Shown here: positions 1 to 14,300 of the stretch, piece after piece
Layout: each line of letters opens with the position of its first letter
Position numbering within the stretch: the first letter of the stretch is position 1
NCBI GenBank assembly: GCA_964057225.1
Contig: OZ059900.1
Location: 19,406,001-19,470,000, forward strand
Origin: Auanema rhodensis
Taxonomy: Eukaryota; Animalia; Nematoda
Reading direction: 5' to 3'
Length of the DNA stretch: 64,000 nt
The notes under the pieces: model-generated
Seen by the model: the letters and a program-made list of their open reading frames with translations, nothing else
Database searches by the model: none
What the model was told of the DNA's origin: nothing
Translations under genes and position numbers: made by a program

Positions 1-342
1 TTCATTGACATTGCATGAGTTTGAACACATGAAATCGTAAGTCAAAACCTTGTTTACAGCGAAATTTCCAAAAACTGGTTTTCCAGCATAATAAAATATT
101 TCTCATGGGTAAAACTGTGTTTTTGTATTTTTCTAGTGTTCAGCATGTAAAATGCTTCATTTTAGTATGTAACACGCTGAAATTCGTTGCATTTGACGAC
201 TCATATGAACCAAAATCGATTTAATCAATATTAGCCATAAGGGGCGTGCCCTCAGAATATGCTAATTTCCTAAATTTTCTAACCCCTGTTTTTTTGTCGT
301 GAAAGTGGAACTAGACGTTGTAGGAACAATTTTGAGCTAGGT
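1..342 (+). repeat. Reference monomer (arbitrary phase), 342 bp, ~34% GC, with many A/T tracts and one GC-rich patch (GGGGCGTGCCC, positions 241-251)
   Basis: Read directly; the next copy starts at 343. The consensus has about 116 G+C of 342 by hand count. Confidence 0.98.
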
Positions 343-2393
343 TTCATTGACATTGCATGAGTTTGAACACATGAAATCGTAAGTCAAAACCTTGTTTACA
401 GCGAAATTTCCAAAAACTGGTTTTCCAGCATAATAAAATATTTCTCATGGGAAATACTGTGTTTTTGTATTTTTCTAGTGTTCAGCATGTGAAATACTTC
501 ATTTTAGTATGTAACACGCTGAAATTCGTTGCATTTGACGACTCATATGAACAAAAATCGATTTAATCAATATTAGCCATAAGGGGCGTGCCCTCAGAAT
601 ATGCTAATTTCCTTAATTTTCTAACCCCTGTTTTTTTGTCGTGAAAGTGGAATTAGACGTTGCAGGAACAATTTTGAGCTAGGTTTCATTGACATTGCAT
701 GAGTTTGAACACATGAAATCGTAAGTCAAAACCTTGTTTACAGCGAAATTTCCAAAAACTGGTTTTCCAGCATAATAAAATATTTCTCATGGGAAATACT
801 GTGTTTTTGTATTTTTATAGTGTTCAGCATGTAAAATGCTTCATTTTAGTATGTAACACGCTGAAATTCGTTGCATTTGACGACTCATATGAACAAAAAT
901 CGATTTAATCAATATTAGCCATAAGGGGCGTGCCCTCAGAATATGCTAATTTCCTTAATTTTCTAACCCCTGTTTTTTTGTCGTTAAAGTGGAATTAGAC
1001 GTTGTAGGAACAATTTTGAGCTAGGTTTCATTGACATTGCATGAGTTTGAACACATGAAATCGTAAGTCAAAACCTTGTTTACAGCGAAATTTCCAAAAA
1101 CTGGTTTTCCAGCAAAATAAAATATTTCTCATGGGAAATACTGTGTTTTTGTATTTTTATAGTGTTCAGCATGTAAAATGCTTCATTTTAGTATGTAACA
1201 CCCTGAAATTCGTTTCATTTGACGACTCATATGAACAAAAATCGATTTAATCAATATTAGCCATAAGGGGCGTGCCCTCAGAATATGCTAATTTCCTAAA
1301 TTTTCTAACCCCTGTTTTTTTGTCGTGAAAGTGGAACTAGACGTTGTACGAACAATTTTGAGCTAGGTTTCATTGACATTGCATGAGTTTGAACACATGA
1401 AATCGTAAGTCAAAACCTTGTTTACAGCGAAATTTCCAAAAACTGGTTTTCCAGCATAATAAAATATTTCTCATGGGTAAAACTGTGTTTTTGTATTTTT
1501 CTAGTGTTCAGCATGTAAAATGCTTCATTTTAGTATGTAACACGCTGAAATTCGTTGCATTTGACGACTCATATGAACCAAAATCGATTTAATCAATATT
1601 AGCCATAAGGGGCGTGCCCTCAGAATATGCTAATTTCCTAAATTTTCTAACCCCTGTTTTTTTGTCGTGAAAGTGGAACTAGACGTTGTACGAACAATTT
1701 TGAGCTAGGTTTCATTGACATTGCATGAGTTTGAACACATGAAATCGTAAGTCAAAACCTTGTTTACAGCGAAATTTCCAAAAACTGGTTTTCCAGCATG
1801 ATAAAATATTTCTCATGGGAAATACTGTGTTTTTGTATTTTTCTAGTGTTCAGCATGTGAAATACTTCATTTTAGTATGTAACACGCTGAAATTCGTTGC
1901 ATTTGACGACTCATATGAACAAAAATCGATTTAATCAATATTAGCCATAAGGGGCGTGCCCTCAGAATATGCTAATTTCCTTAATTTTCTAACCCCTGTT
2001 TTTTTGTCGTGAAAGTGGAATTAGACGTTGCAGGAACAATTTTGAGCTAGGTTTCATTGACATTGCATGAGTTTGAACACATGAAATCGTAAGTCAAAAC
2101 CTTGTTTACAGCGAAATTTCCAAAAACTGGTTTTCCAGCATAATAAAATATTTCTCATGGGAAATACTGTGTTTTTGTATTTTTATAGTGTTCAGCATGT
2201 AAAATGCTTCATTTTAGTATGTAACACGCTGAAATTCGTTGCATTTGACGACTCATATGAACAAAAATCGATTTAATCAATATTAGCCATAAGGGGCGTG
2301 CCCTCAGAATATGCTAATTTCCTTAATTTTCTAACCCCTGTTTTTTGTCGTGAAAGTGGAACTAGACGTTGTAGGAACAATTTTGAGCTAGGT

Positions 2394-5300
2394 TTCATTG
2401 ACATTGCATGAGTTTGAACACATGAAATCGTAAGTCAAAACCTTGTTTACAGCGAAATTTCCAAAAACTGGTTTTCCAGCATAATAAAATATTTCTCATG
2501 GGAAATACTGTGTTTTTGTATTTTTCTAGTGTTCAGCATGTAAAACACTTCATTTTAGTATGTAACACGCTGAAATTCAATGCATTTGACGAATCATATG
2601 AACAAAAATCGATTTAATCAATATAAGCCATAGAGGCGTGCCCTCAGAATATGCTAATTTCCTTAATTTTCTAACCCCTGTTTTTTGTCGTGAAAGTGGA
2701 ACTAGACGTTGTAGGAACAATTTTGAGCTAGGTTTCATTGACATTGCATGAGTTTGAACACATGAAATCGTAAGTCAAAACCTTGTTTACAGCGAAATTT
2801 CCAAAAACTGGTTTTCCAGCATAATAAAATATTTCTCATGGGAAATACTGTGTTTTTGTATTTTTATAGTGTTCAGCATGTAAAATGCTTCATTTTAGTA
2901 TGTAACACGCTGAAATTCGTTGCATTTGACGACTCATATGAACAAAAATCGATTTAATCAATATTAGCCATAAGGGGCGTGCCCTCAGAATATGCTAATT
3001 TCCTTAATTTTCTAACCCCTGTTTTTTTGTCGTGAAAGTGGAATTAGACGTTGTAGGAACAATTTTGAGCTAGGTTTCATTGACATTGCATGAGTTTGAA
3101 CACATGAAATCGTAAGTCAAAACCTTGTTTACAGCGAAATTTCCAAAAACTGGTTTTCCAGCATAATAAAATATTTCTCATGGGAAATACTGTGTTTTTG
3201 TATTTTTCTAGTGTTCAGCATGTAAAATGCTTCATTTTAGTATGTAACACGCTGAAATTCGTTGCATTTGACGACTCATATGAACAAAAATCGATTTAAT
3301 CAATATTAGCCATAAGGGGCGTGCCCTCAGAATATGCTAATTTCCTTAATTTTCTAACCCCTGTTTTTTTGTCGTGAAAGTGGAATTAGACGTTGTAGGA
3401 ACAATTTTGAGCTAGGTTTCATTGACATTGCATGAGTTTGAACACATGAAATCGTAAGTCAAAACCTTGTTTACAGCGAAATTTCCAAAAACTGGTTTTC
3501 CAGCATAATAAAATATTTCTCATGGGAAATACTGTGTTTTTGTATTTTTCTAGTGTTCAGCATGTGAAACACTTCATTTTAGTATGTAACACGCTGAAAT
3601 TCAATGCATTTGACGAATCATATGAACAAAAATCGATTTAATCAATATAAGCCATAGAGGCGTGCCCTCAGAATATGCTAATTTCCTTAATTTTCTAACC
3701 CCTGTTTTTTGTCGTGAAAGTGGAACTAGATGTTGTAGGAACAATTTTGAGCTAGGTTTCATTGACATTGCATGAGTTTGAACACATGAAATCGTAAGTC
3801 AAAACCTTGTTTACAGCGAAATTTCCAAAAACTGGTTTTCCAGCATAATAAAATATTTCTCATGGGAAATACTGTGTTTTTGTATTTTTCTAGTGTTCAG
3901 CATGTAAAATACTTCATTTTAGTATGTAACACGCTGAAATTCGTTGCATTTGACGACTCATATGAACAAAAATCGATTTAATCAATATTAGCCATAAGGG
4001 GCGTGCCCTCAGAATGTGCTAATTTCCTTAATTTTCTAACCCCTGTTTTTTTGTCGTGAAAGTGGAATTAGACGTTGTAAGAACAATTTTGAGCTAGGTT
4101 TCATTGACATTGCATGAGTTTGAACACATGAAATCGTAAGTCAAAACCTTGTTTACAGCGAACTTTCCAAAAACTGGTTTTCCAGCATAATAAAATATTT
4201 CTCATGGGAAATACTGTGTTTTTGTATTTTTATAGTGTTCAGCATGTAAAATGCTTCATTTTAGTATGTAACACCCTGAAATTCGTTTCATTTGACGACT
4301 CATATGAACAAAAATCGATTTAATCAATATTAGCCATAAGGGGCGTGCCCTCAGAATATGCTAATTTCCTTAATTTTCTAACCCCTGTTTTTTTGTCGTG
4401 AAAGTGGAACTAGACGTTGTAGGAACAATTTTGAGCAAGGTTTCATTGACATTGCATGAGTTTGAACACATGAAATCGTAAGTCAAAACCTTGTTTACAG
4501 CGAAATTTCCAAAAACTGGTTTTCCAGCATAATAAAATATTTCTCATGGGAAATACTGTGTTTTTGTATTTTTCTAGTGTTCAGCATGTGAAATACTTCA
4601 TTTTAGTATGTAACACGCTGAAATTCGTTGCATTTGACGACTCATATGAACAAAAATCGATTTAATCAATATTAGCCATAAGGGGCGTGCCCTCAGAATA
4701 TGCTAATTTCCTAAATTTTCTAACCCCTGTTTTTTTGTCGTGAAAGTGGAACTAGACGTTGTACGAACAATTTTGAGCTAGGTTTCATTGACATTGCATG
4801 AGTTTGAACACATGAAATCGTAAGTCAAAACCTTGTTTACAGCGAAATTTCCAAAAACTGGTTTTCCAGCATAATAAAATATTTCTCATGGGTAAAACTG
4901 TGTTTTTGTATTTTTCTAGTGTTCAGCATGTAAAATGCTTCATTTTAGTATGTAACACGCTGAAATTCGTTGCATTTGACGACTCATATGAACCAAAATC
5001 GATTTAATCAATATTAGCCATAAGGGGCGTGCCCTCAGAATATGCTAATTTCCTAAATTTTCTAACCCCTGTTTTTTTGTCGTGAAAGTGGAACTAGACA
5101 TTGTACGAACAATTTTGAGCTAGGTTTCATTGACATTGCATGAGTTTGAACACATGAAATCGTAAGTCAAAACCTTGTTTACAGCGAAATTTCCAAAAAC
5201 TGGTTTTCCAGCATAATAAAATATTTCTCATGGGAAAAACTGTGTTTTTGTATTTTTCTAGTGTTCAGCTTGTAAAATGCTTCATTTTAGTATGTAACAC

Positions 5301-8300
5301 GCTGAAATTTGTTGCATTTGACGACTCATATGAACAAAAATCGATTTAATCAATATTAGCCATAAGGGGCGTGCCCTCAGAATATGCTAATTTCCTTAAT
5401 TTTCTAACCCCTGTTTTTTTGTCGTGAAAGTGGAACTAGACGTTGTACGAACAATTTTGAGCTAGGTTTCATTGACATTGCATGAGTTTGAACACATGAA
5501 ATCGTAAGTCAAAACCTTGTTTACAGCGAAATTTCCAAAAACTGGTTTTCCAGCATAATAAAATATTTCTCATGGGAAATACTGTGTTTTTGTATTTTTC
5601 TAGTGTTCAGCATGTAAAATGCTCCATTTTAGTATGTAACACGCTGAAATTCGTTGCATTTGACGACTCATATGAACCAAAATCGATTTAATCAATGTTA
5701 GCCATAAGGGGCGTGCCCTCAGAATATGCTAATTTCCTAAATTTTCTAACCCCTGTTTTTTTGTCGTGAAAGTGGAACTAGACATTGTACGAACAATTTT
5801 GAGCTAGGTTTCATTGACATTGCATGAGTTTGAACACATGAAATCGTAAGTCAAAACCTTGTTTACAGCGAAATTTCCAAAAACTGGTTTTCCAGCATAA
5901 TAAAATATTTCTCATGGGAAAAACTGTGTTTTTGTATTTTTCTAGTGTTCAGCTTGTAAAATGCTTCATTTTAGTATGTAACACGCTGAAATTTGTTGCA
6001 TTTGACGACTCATATGAACAAAAATCGATTTAATCAATATTAGCCATAAGGGGCGTGCCCTCAGAATATGCTAATTTCCTTAATTTTCTAACCCCTGTTT
6101 TTTTGTCGTGAAAGTGGAACTAGACGTTGTACGAACAATTTTGAGCTAGGTTTCATTGACATTGCATGAGTTTGAACACATGAAATCGTAAGTCAAAACC
6201 TTGTTTACAGCGAAATTTCCAAAAACTGGTTTTCCAGCATAATAAAATATTTCTCATGGGAAATACTGTGTTTTTGTATTTTTCTAGTGTTCAGCATGTA
6301 AAATGCTCCATTTTAGTATGTAACACGCTGAAATTCGTTGCATTTGACGACTCATATGAACAAAAATCGATTTAATCAATATTAGCCATAAGGGGCGTGC
6401 CCTCAGAATATGCTAATTTCCTTAATTTTCTAACCCCTGTTTTTTTGTCGTGAAAGTGGAACTAGACATTGTACGAACAATTTTGAGCAAGGTTTCATTG
6501 ACATTGCATGAGTTTGAACACATGAAATCGTAAGTCAAAACCTTGTTTACAGCGAAATTTCCAAAAACTGGTTTTCCAGCATAATAAAATATTTCTCATG
6601 GGTAAAACTGTGTTTTTGTATTTTTCTAGTGTTCAGCATGTAAAATGCTTCATTTTAGTATGTAAGACGCTGAAATTCGTTGCATTTGACGACTCATATG
6701 AACAAAAATCGATTTAATCAATATTAGCCATAAGGGGCGTGCCCTCAGAATATGCTAATTTCCTAAATTTTCTAACCCCTGTTTTTTTGTCGTGAAAGTG
6801 GAACTAGACGTTGTACGAACAATTTTGAGCTAGGTTTCATTGACATTGCATGAGTTTGAACACATGAAATCGTAAGTCAAAACCTTGTTTACAGCGAAAT
6901 TTCCAAAAACTGGTTTTCCAGCATAATAAAATATTTCTCATGGGTAAAACTGTGTTTTTGTATTTTTCTAGTGTTCAGCATGTAAAATGCTTCATTTTAG
7001 TATGTAACACGCTGAAATTCGTTGCATTTGACGACTCATATGAACCAAAATCGATTTAATCAATATTAGCCATAAGGGGCGTGCCCTCAGAATATGCTAA
7101 TTTCCTAAATTTTCTAACCCCTGTTTTTTTGTCGTGAAAGTGGAACTAGACATTGTACGAACAATTTTGAGCTAGGTTTCATTGACATTGCATGAGTTTG
7201 AACACATGAAATCGTAAGTCAAAACCTTGTTTACAGCGAAATTTCCAAAAACTGGTTTTCCAGCATAATAAAATATTTCTCATGGGAAAAACTGTGTTTT
7301 TGTATTTTTCTAGTGTTCAGCTTGTAAAATGCTTCATTTTAGTATGTAACACGCTGAAATTTGTTGCATTTGACGACTCATATGAACAAAAATCGATTTA
7401 ATCAATATTAGCCATAAGGGGCGTGCCCTCAGAATATGCTAATTTCCTTAATTTTCTAACCCCTGTTTTTTTGTCGTGAAAGTGGAACTAGACGTTGTAC
7501 GAACAATTTTGAGCTAGGTTTCATTGACATTGCATGAGTTTGAACACATGAAATCGTAAGTCAAAACCTTGTTTACAGCGAAATTTCCAAAAACTGGTTT
7601 TCCAGCATAATAAAATATTTCTCATGGGAAATACTGTGTTTTTGTATTTTTCTAGTGTTCAGCATGTAAAATGCTCCATTTTAGTATGTAACACGCTGAA
7701 ATTCGTTGCATTTGACGACTCATATGAACCAAAATCGATTTAATCAATATTAGCCATAAGGGGCGTGCCCTCAGAATATGCTAATTTCCTAAATTTTCTA
7801 ACCCCTGTTTTTTTGTCGTGAAAGTGGAACTAGACATTGTACGAACAATTTTGAGCTAGGTTTCATTGACATTGCATGAGTTTGAACACATGAAATCGTA
7901 AGTCAAAACCTTGTTTACAGCGAAATTTCCAAAAACTGGTTTTCCAGCATAATAAAATATTTCTCATGGGAAAAACTGTGTTTTTGTATTTTTCTAGTGT
8001 TCAGCTTGTAAAATGCTTCATTTTAGTATGTAACACGCTGAAATTTGTTGCATTTGACGACTCATATGAACAAAAATCGATTTAATCAATATTAGCCATA
8101 AGGGGCGTGCCCTCAGAATATGCTAATTTCCTTAATTTTCTAACCCCTGTTTTTTTGTCGTGAAAGTGGAATTAGACGTTGTAGGAACAATTTTGAGCTA
8201 GGTTTCATTGACATTGCATGAGTTTGAACACATGAAATCGTAAGTCAAAACCTTGTTTACAGCGAAATTTCCAAAAACTGGTTTTCCAGCATAATAAAAT

Positions 8301-11300
8301 ATTTCTCATGGGAAATACTGTGTTTTTGTATTTTTATAGTGTTCAGCATGTAAAATGCTTCATTTTAGTATGTAACACGCTGAAATTCGTTGCATTTGAC
8401 GACTCATATGAACAAAAATCGATTTAATCAATATTAGCCATAAGGGGCGTGCCCTCAGAATATGCTAATTTCCTTAATTTTCTAACCCCTGTTTTTTTGT
8501 CGTGAAAGTGGAATTAGACGTTGTAGGAACAATTTTGAGCTAGGTTTCATTGACATTGCATGAGTTTGAACACATGAAATCGTAAGTCAAAACCTTGTTT
8601 ACAGCGAAATTTCCAAAAACTGGTTTTCCAGCATAATAAAATATTTCTCATGGGAAATACTGTGTTTTTGTATTTTTCTAGTGTTCAGCATGTAAAATGC
8701 TTCATTTTAGTATGTAACACGCTGAAATTCGTTGCATTTGACGACTCATATGAACAAAAATCGATTTAATCAATATTAGCCATAAGGGGCGTGCCCTCAG
8801 AATATGCTAATTTCCTTAATTTTCTAACCCCTGTTTTTTGTCGTGAAAGTGGAACTAGACGTTGTAGGAACAATTTTGAGCTAGGTTTCATTGACATTGC
8901 ATGAGTTCGAACACATGAAATCGTAAGTCAAAACCTTGTTTACAGCGAAATTTCCAAAAACTGGTTTTCCAGCATAATAAAATATTTCTCATGGGAAATA
9001 CTGTGTTTTTGTATTTTTCTAGTGTTCAGCATGTAAAATACTTCATTTAAGTATGTAACACGCTGAAATTCGTTGCATTTGACGACTCATATGAACAAAA
9101 ATCGATTTAATCAATATTAGCCATAAGGGGCGTGCCCTCAGAATATGCTAATTTCCTTAATTTTCTAACCCCTGTTTTTTTGTCGTGAAAGTGGAATAAG
9201 ACGTTGTAGGAACAATTTTGAGCTAGGTTTCATTGACATTGCATGAGTTTGAACACATGAAATCGTAAGTCAAAACCTTGTTTACAGCGAACTTTCCAAA
9301 AACTGGTTTTCCAGCATAATAAAATATTTCTCATGGGAAATACTAAGTTTTTGTATTTTTATAGTGTTCAGCATGTAAAATGCTTCATTTTAGTATGTAA
9401 CACCCTGAAATTCGTTTCATTTGACGACTCATATGAACAAAAATCGATTTAATCAATATTAGCCATAAGGGGCGTGCCCTCAGAATATGCTAATTTCCTT
9501 AATTTTCTAACCCCTGTTTTTTTGTCGTGAAAGTGGAACTAGACGTTGTAGGAACAATTTTGAGCAAGGTTTCATTGACATTGCATGAGTTTGAACACAT
9601 GAAATCGTAAGTCAAAACCTTGTTTACAGCGAACTTTCCAAAAACTGGTTTTCCAGCATAATAAAATATTTCTCATGGGAAATACTGTGTTTTTGTATTT
9701 TTATAGTGTTCAGCATTTAAATGCTTCATTTTAGTATGTAACACCCTGAAATTCGTTTCATTTGACGACTCATATGAACAAAAATCGATTTAATCAATAT
9801 TAGCCATAAGGGGCGTGCCCTCAGAATATGCTAATTTCCTTAATTTTCTAACCCCTGTTTTTTGTCGTGAAAGTGGAACTAGACGTTGTAGGAACAATTT
9901 TGAGCTAGGTTTCATTGACATTGCATGAGTTTGAACACATGAAATCGTAAGTCAAAACCTTGTTTACAGCGAAATTTCCAAAAACTGGTTTTCCAGCATA
10001 ATAAAATATTTCTCATGGGAAATACTGTGTTTTTGTATTTTTCTAGTGTTCAGCATGTAAAACACTTCATTTTAGTATGTAACACGCTGAAATTCAATGC
10101 ATTTGACGAATCATATGAACAAAAATCGATTTAATCAATATAAGCCATAGAGGCGTGCCCTCAGAATATGCTAATTTCCTTAATTTTCTAACCCCTGTTT
10201 TTTGTCGTGAAAGTGGAACTAGACGTTGTAGGAACAATTTTGAGCTAGGTTTCATTGACATTGCATGAGTTTGAACACATGAAATCGTAAGTCAAAACCT
10301 TGTTTACAGCGAAATTTCCAAAAACTGGTTTTCCAGCATAATAAAATATTTCTCATGGGAAATACTGTGTTTTTGTATTTTTATAGTGTTCAGCATGTAA
10401 AATGCTTCATTTTAGTATGTAACACGCTGAAATTCGTTGCATTTGACGACTCATATGAACAAAAATCGATTTAATCAATATTAGCCATAAGGGGCGTGCC
10501 CTCAGAATATGCTAATTTCCTTAATTTTCTAACCCCTGTTTTTTTGTCGTGAAAGTGGAATTAGACGTTGTAGGAACAATTTTGAGCTAGGTTTCATTGA
10601 CATTGCATGAGTTTGAACACATGAAATCGTAAGTCAAAACCTTGTTTACAGCGAAATTTCCAAAAACTGGTTTTCCAGCATAATAAAATATTTCTCATGG
10701 GAAATACTGTGTTTTTGTATTTTTCTAGTGTTCAGCATGTAAAATGCTTCATTTTAGTATGTAACACGCTGAAATTCGTTGCATTTGACGACTCATATGA
10801 ACAAAAATCGATTTAATCAATATTAGCCATAAGGGGCGTGCCCTCAGAATATGCTAATTTCCTTAATTTTCTAACCCCTGTTTTTTGTCGTGAAAGTGGA
10901 ACTAGACGTTGTAGGAACAATTTTGAGCTAGGTTTCATTGACATTGCATGAGTTTGAACACATGAAATCGTAAGTCAAAACCTTGTTTACAGCGAAATTT
11001 CCAAAAACTGGTTTTCCAGCATAATAAAATATTTCTCATGGGAAATACTGTGTTTTTGTATTTTTCTAGTGTTCAGCATGTAAAACACTTCATTTTAGTA
11101 TGTAACACGCTGAAATTCAATGCATTTGACGAATCATATGAACAAAAATCGATTTAATCAATATAAGCCATAGAGGCGTGCCCTCAGAATATGCTAATTT
11201 CCTTAATTTTCTAACCCCTGTTTTTTGTCGTGAAAGTGGAACTAGACGTTGTAGGAACAATTTTGAGCTAGGTTTCATTGACATTGCATGAGTTTGAACA

Positions 11301-14300
11301 CATGAAATCGTAAGTCAAAACCTTGTTTACAGCGAAATTTCCAAAAACTGGTTTTCCAGCATAATAAAATATTTCTCATGGGAAATACTGTGTTTTTGTA
11401 TTTTTATAGTGTTCAGCATGTAAAATGCTTCATTTTAGTATGTAACACGCTGAAATTCGTTGCATTTGACGACTCATATGAACAAAAATCGATTTAATCA
11501 ATATTAGCCATAAGGGGCGTGCCCTCAGAATATGCTAATTTCCTTAATTTTCTAACCCCTGTTTTTTTGTCGTGAAAGTGGAATTAGACGTTGTAGGAAC
11601 AATTTTGAGCTAGGTTTCATTGACATTGCATGAGTTTGAACACATGAAATCGTAAGTCAAAACCTTGTTTACAGCGAAATTTCCAAAAACTGGTTTTCCA
11701 GCATAATAAAATATTTCTCATGGGAAATACTGTGTTTTTGTATTTTTCTAGTGTTCAGCATGTAAAATTCTTCATTTTAGTATGTAACACGCTGAAATTC
11801 GTTGCATTTGACGACTCATATGAACAAAAATCGATTTAATCAATATTAGCCATAAGGGGCGTGCCCTCAGAATATGCTAATTTCCTTAATTTTCTAACCC
11901 CTGTTTTTTGTCGTGAAAGTGGAACTAGACGTTGTAGGAACAATTTTGAGCTAGGTTTCATTGACATTGCATGAGTTTGAACACATGAAATCGTAAGTCA
12001 AAACCTTGTTTACAGCGAAATTTCCAAAAACTGGTTTTCCAGCATAATAAAATATTTCTCATGGGAAATACTGTGTTTTTGTATTTTTCTAGTGTTCAGC
12101 ATGTGAAACACTTCATTTTAGTATGTAACACGCTGAAATTCAATGCATTTGACGAATCATATGAACAAAAATCGATTTAATCAATATAAGCCATAGAGGC
12201 GTGCCCTCAGAATATGCTAATTTCCTTAATTTTCTAACCCCTGTTTTTTGTCGTGAAAGTGGAACTAGACGTTGTAGGAACAATTTTGAGCTAGGTTTCA
12301 TTGACATTGCATGAGTTTGAACACATGAAATCGTAAGTCAAAACCTTGTTTACAGCGAAATTTCCAAAAACTGGTTTTCCAGCATAATAAAATATTTCTC
12401 ATGGGAAATACTGTGTTTTTGTATTTTTCTAGTGTTCAGCATGTAAAATACTTCATTTTAGTATGTAACACGCTGAAATTCGTTGCATTTGACGACTCAT
12501 ATGAACAAAAATCGATTTAATCAATATTAGCCATAAGGGGCGTGCCCTCAGAATGTGCTAATTTCCTTAATTTTCTAACCCCTGTTTTTTTGTCGTGAAA
12601 GTGGAATTAGACGTTGTAAGAACAATTTTGAGCTAGGTTTCATTGACATTGCATGAGTTTGAACACATGAAATCGTAAGTCAAAACCTTGTTTACAGCGA
12701 ACTTTCCAAAAACTGGTTTTCCAGCATAATAAAATATTTCTCATGGGAAATACTGTGTTTTTGTATTTTTATAGTGTTCAGCATGTAAAATGCTTCATTT
12801 TAGTATGTAACACCCTGAAATTCGTTTCATTTGACGACTCATATGAACAAAAATCGATTTAATCAATATTAGCCATAAGGGGCGTGCCCTCAGAATATGC
12901 TAATTTCCTTAATTTTCTAACCCCTGTTTTTTTGTCGTGAAAGTGGAACTAGACGTTGTAGGAACAATTTTGAGCTAGGTTTCATTGACATTGCATGAGT
13001 TTGAACACATGAAATCGTAAGTCAAAACCTTGTTTACAGCGAAATTTCCAAAAACTGGTTTTCCAGCATAATAAAATATTTCTCATGGGAAATACTGTGT
13101 TTTTGTATTTTTCTAGTGTTCAGCATGTGAAATACTTCATTTTAGTATGTAACACGCTGAAATTCGTTGCATTTGACGACTCATATGAACAAAAATCGAT
13201 TTAATCAATATTAGCCATAAGGGGCGTGCCCTCAGAATATGCTAATTTCCTAAATTTTCTAACCCCTGTTTTTTTGTCGTGAAAGTGGAACTAGACGTTG
13301 TACGAACAATTTTGAGCTAGGTTTCATTGACATTGCATGAGTTTGAACACATGAAATCGTAAGTCAAAACCTTGTTTACAGCGAAATTTCCAAAAACTGG
13401 TTTTCCAGCATAATAAAATATTTCTCATGGGTAAAACTGTGTTTTTGTATTTTTCTAGTGTTCAGCATGTAAAATGCTTCATTTTAGTATGTAACACGCT
13501 GAAATTCGTTGCATTTGACGACTCATATGAACCAAAATCGATTTAATCAATATTAGCCATAAGGGGCGTGCCCTCAGAATATGCTAATTTCCTAAATTTT
13601 CTAACCCCTGTTTTTTTGTCGTGAAAGTGGAACTAGACATTGTACGAACAATTTTGAGCTAGGTTTCATTGACATTGCATGAGTTTGAACACATGAAATC
13701 GTAAGTCAAAACCTTGTTTACAGCGAAATTTCCAAAAACTGGTTTTCCAGCATAATAAAATATTTCTCATGGGAAAAACTGTGTTTTTGTATTTTTCTAG
13801 TGTTCAGCTTGTAAAATGCTTCATTTTAGTATGTAACACGCTGAAATTTGTTGCATTTGACGACTCATATGAACAAAAATCGATTTAATCAATATTAGCC
13901 ATAAGGGGCGTGCCCTCAGAATATGCTAATTTCCTTAATTTTCTAACCCCTGTTTTTTTGTCGTGAAAGTGGAACTAGACGTTGTACGAACAATTTTGAG
14001 CTAGGTTTCATTGACATTGCATGAGTTTGAACACATGAAATCGTAAGTCAAAACCTTGTTTACAGCGAAATTTCCAAAAACTGGTTTTCCAGCATAATAA
14101 AATATTTCTCATGGGAAATACTGTGTTTTTGTATTTTTCTAGTGTTCAGCATGTAAAATGCTCCATTTTAGTATGTAACACGCTGAAATTCGTTGCATTT
14201 GACGACTCATATGAACAAAAATCGATTTAATCAATATTAGCCATAAGGGGCGTGCCCTCAGAATATGCTAATTTCCTTAATTTTCTAACCCCTGTTTTTT

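Noticed and set aside
182-198. CENP-B-box-like ATTCGTTGCATTTGACG
   Set aside because: It matches TTCG and the central A but not the CGGG half, so only 6 of the 9 essential positions; unlikely to bind CENP-B.
279-286. Telomere-like CTAACCCC
   Set aside because: A single unit per monomer, expected by chance; there is no telomeric tract.
240-295. Rho-independent terminator (GC hairpin plus T tract)
   Set aside because: The stem is only 4 bp, the T7 tract lies ~37 bp away, and the context is not a prokaryotic transcription unit.
1-342. Primate alpha-satellite dimer (2 x 171 bp)
   Set aside because: Only the length matches; the halves do not align at offset 171 and I see no alpha-satellite motifs.
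1-342. Tandem 5S rRNA, tRNA, snRNA or spliced-leader gene array
   Set aside because: No recognisable 5S, tRNA cloverleaf, box A/B or snRNA sequence on either strand by eye. An Infernal/Rfam scan of the doubled monomer would settle it.
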